Shown here piece after piece: positions 61,463 through 64,000 of a DNA stretch of 64,000 nt. The notes below the pieces were generated by a model, which saw only the letters and a program-made list of their open reading frames with translations, ran no database searches and was not told where the DNA came from. Where the stretch lies: assembly GCA_010909165.1 (NCBI GenBank), contig MU008166.1, forward strand, positions 1,240,001 to 1,304,000, in the 5' to 3' direction. Numbering within the stretch: position 1 is the stretch's first letter; every line of letters starts with the position of its first letter. The translations under genes were made by a program, and so were the position numbers. The stretch comes from Anthoceros angustus (taxonomy: Eukaryota > Plantae > Anthocerotophyta).

Positions 61463-64000
61463 AGGCCGTCGAAAAGACCTCAGCCTGCGGAGAAAGCCCT
61501 TAAATAGCCTACAAAACCTAGATTTCATCCCTCCTGCTTTCCACTGCCTCTCTCTACCAGCCTCATTTGAATTTCCGAACCTAAACTTCCGAGCGAGTCC
61601 AAACCTAACTAAGTTCATGATGGTTTTCGCGTCACTTACCTTTCCAAACCTACCCTCACTTTGCCAAACCTAGCCTTGAACCACCAAACCTAACCTCGAA
61701 CCTCAAACGGTATGTAATACCTAAGCTCCCACTCGAAGCATCTACCTATTGGGAATGGAGCCGCCGAGCGCGAGTTGGAGCAAACGTAATTGCCCACTTC
61801 CTCGGCTATGGCATTGTGTTCCCACCTCCAAAGAATAACAATGGGCTGCTTGAGCTTGCTCGAGCAACAGCAGTTGTAAGCCTCGAGGCCCTCCAGCTCT
61901 CCTCCTGCAGCGCCACTTTGATCCGGGCGGCCTTGCTCACCAATCTGCTCCTCGCTTGCTCGCCTCACGCCTCCTGCCGCCGCGCCTTCCCGACCAAAGG
62001 CAACCCCTAGCCGGGACCTCGACCGCCCGACCATCCTCCGCTTCTTTGCCCGGCCCGCAAGTGCACCATGGCCAGATTGGCCCCAGTCACGCCTGGGGGC
62101 GTACCTTCGCCAACCCGCGCTCGTGGCTAGGAAGTGCAGTGCATGGAGTAGGCGAAGGCGGGCCACAGCGCAGTATCGGTGTGAGTTGGGTGCGAAGCTT
62201 TTCGAATGTCGTCATTTGGGTTGTGGTTGATGGGTTGTGGTGGGTCGCCCTCAGAGGTGAAGTAGCTTGGATCCATTTCGCGCCGACTATGCTACCGTGA
62301 AGAAAAGGAAGGAGGAAGGGTGTCAAATTGTGAATTGGGAAGTTCATGTGGTAGCCGGCTCCGAACTCTGACGCTATTTCCCTGCGCTTTCTTCCCAAGG
62401 GCTGGCTTTCCTGACCATCCGCATCGGGTGTGTATGGTCAAGTAGCCGAGTTCGCTGAGCTGGGACGCCACGATGTTTGCAATTTGGGTCTTCAAGAGGT
62501 GCGGCAAGAAGGCGTGTCGGCGGAAATGGTTTCTCCGGCGAGGTTGACAAGTTAGACAATCAAGCACCGCTTCAAAGACTCAAGGCAATTAAAGGCTGTA
62601 CTGCCGTCGTCAGTGCAGGCACAACATTCATGACACCAAGCTTGCGGAGGTTCATAATTGAACTCCACCGCCCTACCCGCAACTGGCCGGGAGGCCGCTG
62701 TAATGCGGATGCGCATGAGCTGAAAAGTCTGTATGGGATCGAGCTGCCTCTTGAAGTTGCGTCGCCTCATTTTCCGATCTCGCGGTGTTTGAAATGAGCA
62801 TAAGATTTATGCAAAAAAGTAAAGTTGTGAAGTAGTCGAGTCGGTTCGTACGCTGTGCAATTGGCGTGATCTGAATCGCATTGCTTCCATCCTAATTGCG
62901 AAGCCTCAAAGTATAACATAGTGTTCGTGGAAATTGTTACCGACACAAACCATTGTTCCTTGCATGCATCGACATGTCCGTGCGTGATTACATCGTTGTG
63001 TCCTTGGTCGACTTGCGTGGCGGACTGAGCTCGCGGACCCGATCCAGACGATCTGTTGCAAGCGAGGTCGGAGGTGACGGAGAGGACTTCGATTCTGGCA
63101 CCCGCTGGCGGATCTCGATGCGGCGGATCTCGCTCGGCGTTCAAAGGTCACGGAGATGTGTTGTCGATGATCTGTGAGCGCCCGGCATACTACCTGGAAA
63201 GAATAGTTCGATATGATGATGGGTGGCGGCTTCGGATGGATCGATCATGTTGCTGCCTTTGTTTGTTGATCCTTGTGTTAAGAACCTGTGCATGGAGATA
63301 GCAATGTTTTTAAATTGTTCACCGAAATGGCAGAGCGATACATGTGAGTTTTATGGTGGCTACTAGGCTTTTGGCATTAACAATGGGGTCCTGCGGTGTA
63401 TTTCTGTCTGGCTAAAGTGTTTCTTGCCTTGTGGACTTGAAAGGTTGCGTGCTGGCGGTTACCCACGAGTTTTCCAGACACGGATCCGCCAAGGAGATGC
63501 TGCTCCAATGGCATACACTGAGTATTTTTCTTGCCCTGTATTTTTTCAATGAGTCCTACCATTGATTTCCATGATCCAAGGTTCTCGGTGTGCGTGAGAA
63601 TGCTGGTCAAAAAATGCTGCTCTTCATGTGTGCGGAGAGAAAGCTGAGGTGAACTATCAGGTTTGAGCTTGTGGGATAGTGCTTGGCTGCCCTTGCAATT
63701 GAGATTAGCCTGCTGGGATGCAAAGCATTTCGTCATACTCTAATGCTATTGTCTTTTGCTGCAGATTTGTGAACCGCCCTAATGAATTGACGGAGGCCAA
63801 ACCGGCTGTAAAGCCAACTCCTCCTCAAAATCCGTTGCCACCATGGCTCAAATCGAGGCATGCGCAATGTTGGGCTCCTTGAGTTGCGCAGATGACCGAA
63901 ATTGTTAGCGGTCATCATGCCGACTTGTTTGTAAGCTTCTCTTTGATCATAGCAACCCGGCGCAGAACTAACTTGCAAGTGCACGTGGATGTTTTTGTTC

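Noticed and set aside
60400-64000. LINE zinc-finger or other transposase remnants
   Set aside because: Only vague CxxC and W-rich fragments; too degraded to assign

Overview
Compact, intron-rich land-plant nuclear DNA, most likely a hornwort (inferred from a GRP-ending DYW:KP PPR gene, short introns and tight gene spacing). The left ~27 kb is mostly gene-dense: 3' end of a PGP synthase, CMC4 and a SMAP/CSN9-like ORF, a DCD/NRP gene, CWC25, a plastid sHSP, a truncated MECR-like gene, an interrupted tRNA-Trp, a STIG1 peptide, a PPR pseudogene fragment and a PLS-E-DYW:KP(GRP) PPR gene. The rest holds a pogo/Tigger transposon inside a ubiquitin-like ORF, two tandem LRR receptor kinases separated by an internally deleted Gypsy element, a young Copia element in an intron of the second kinase, a ~2.1-kb tandem duplication and degraded repeats. 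Best leads: (1) a candidate U-to-C editing PPR carrying an OSB-type PDF (ssDNA-binding) motif at its N-terminus; (2) an apparent spliced bicistronic SMAP-CMC4 mRNA; (3) an apparent CUG start codon for the DCD/NRP gene; (4) a tRNA-Trp with a 35-nt insert at position 26/27. Many 1-2 bp deletions in repeats look like long-read consensus errors, so frameshift-based pseudogene calls are provisional. All family assignments are from motif recognition by eye; no searches were run.
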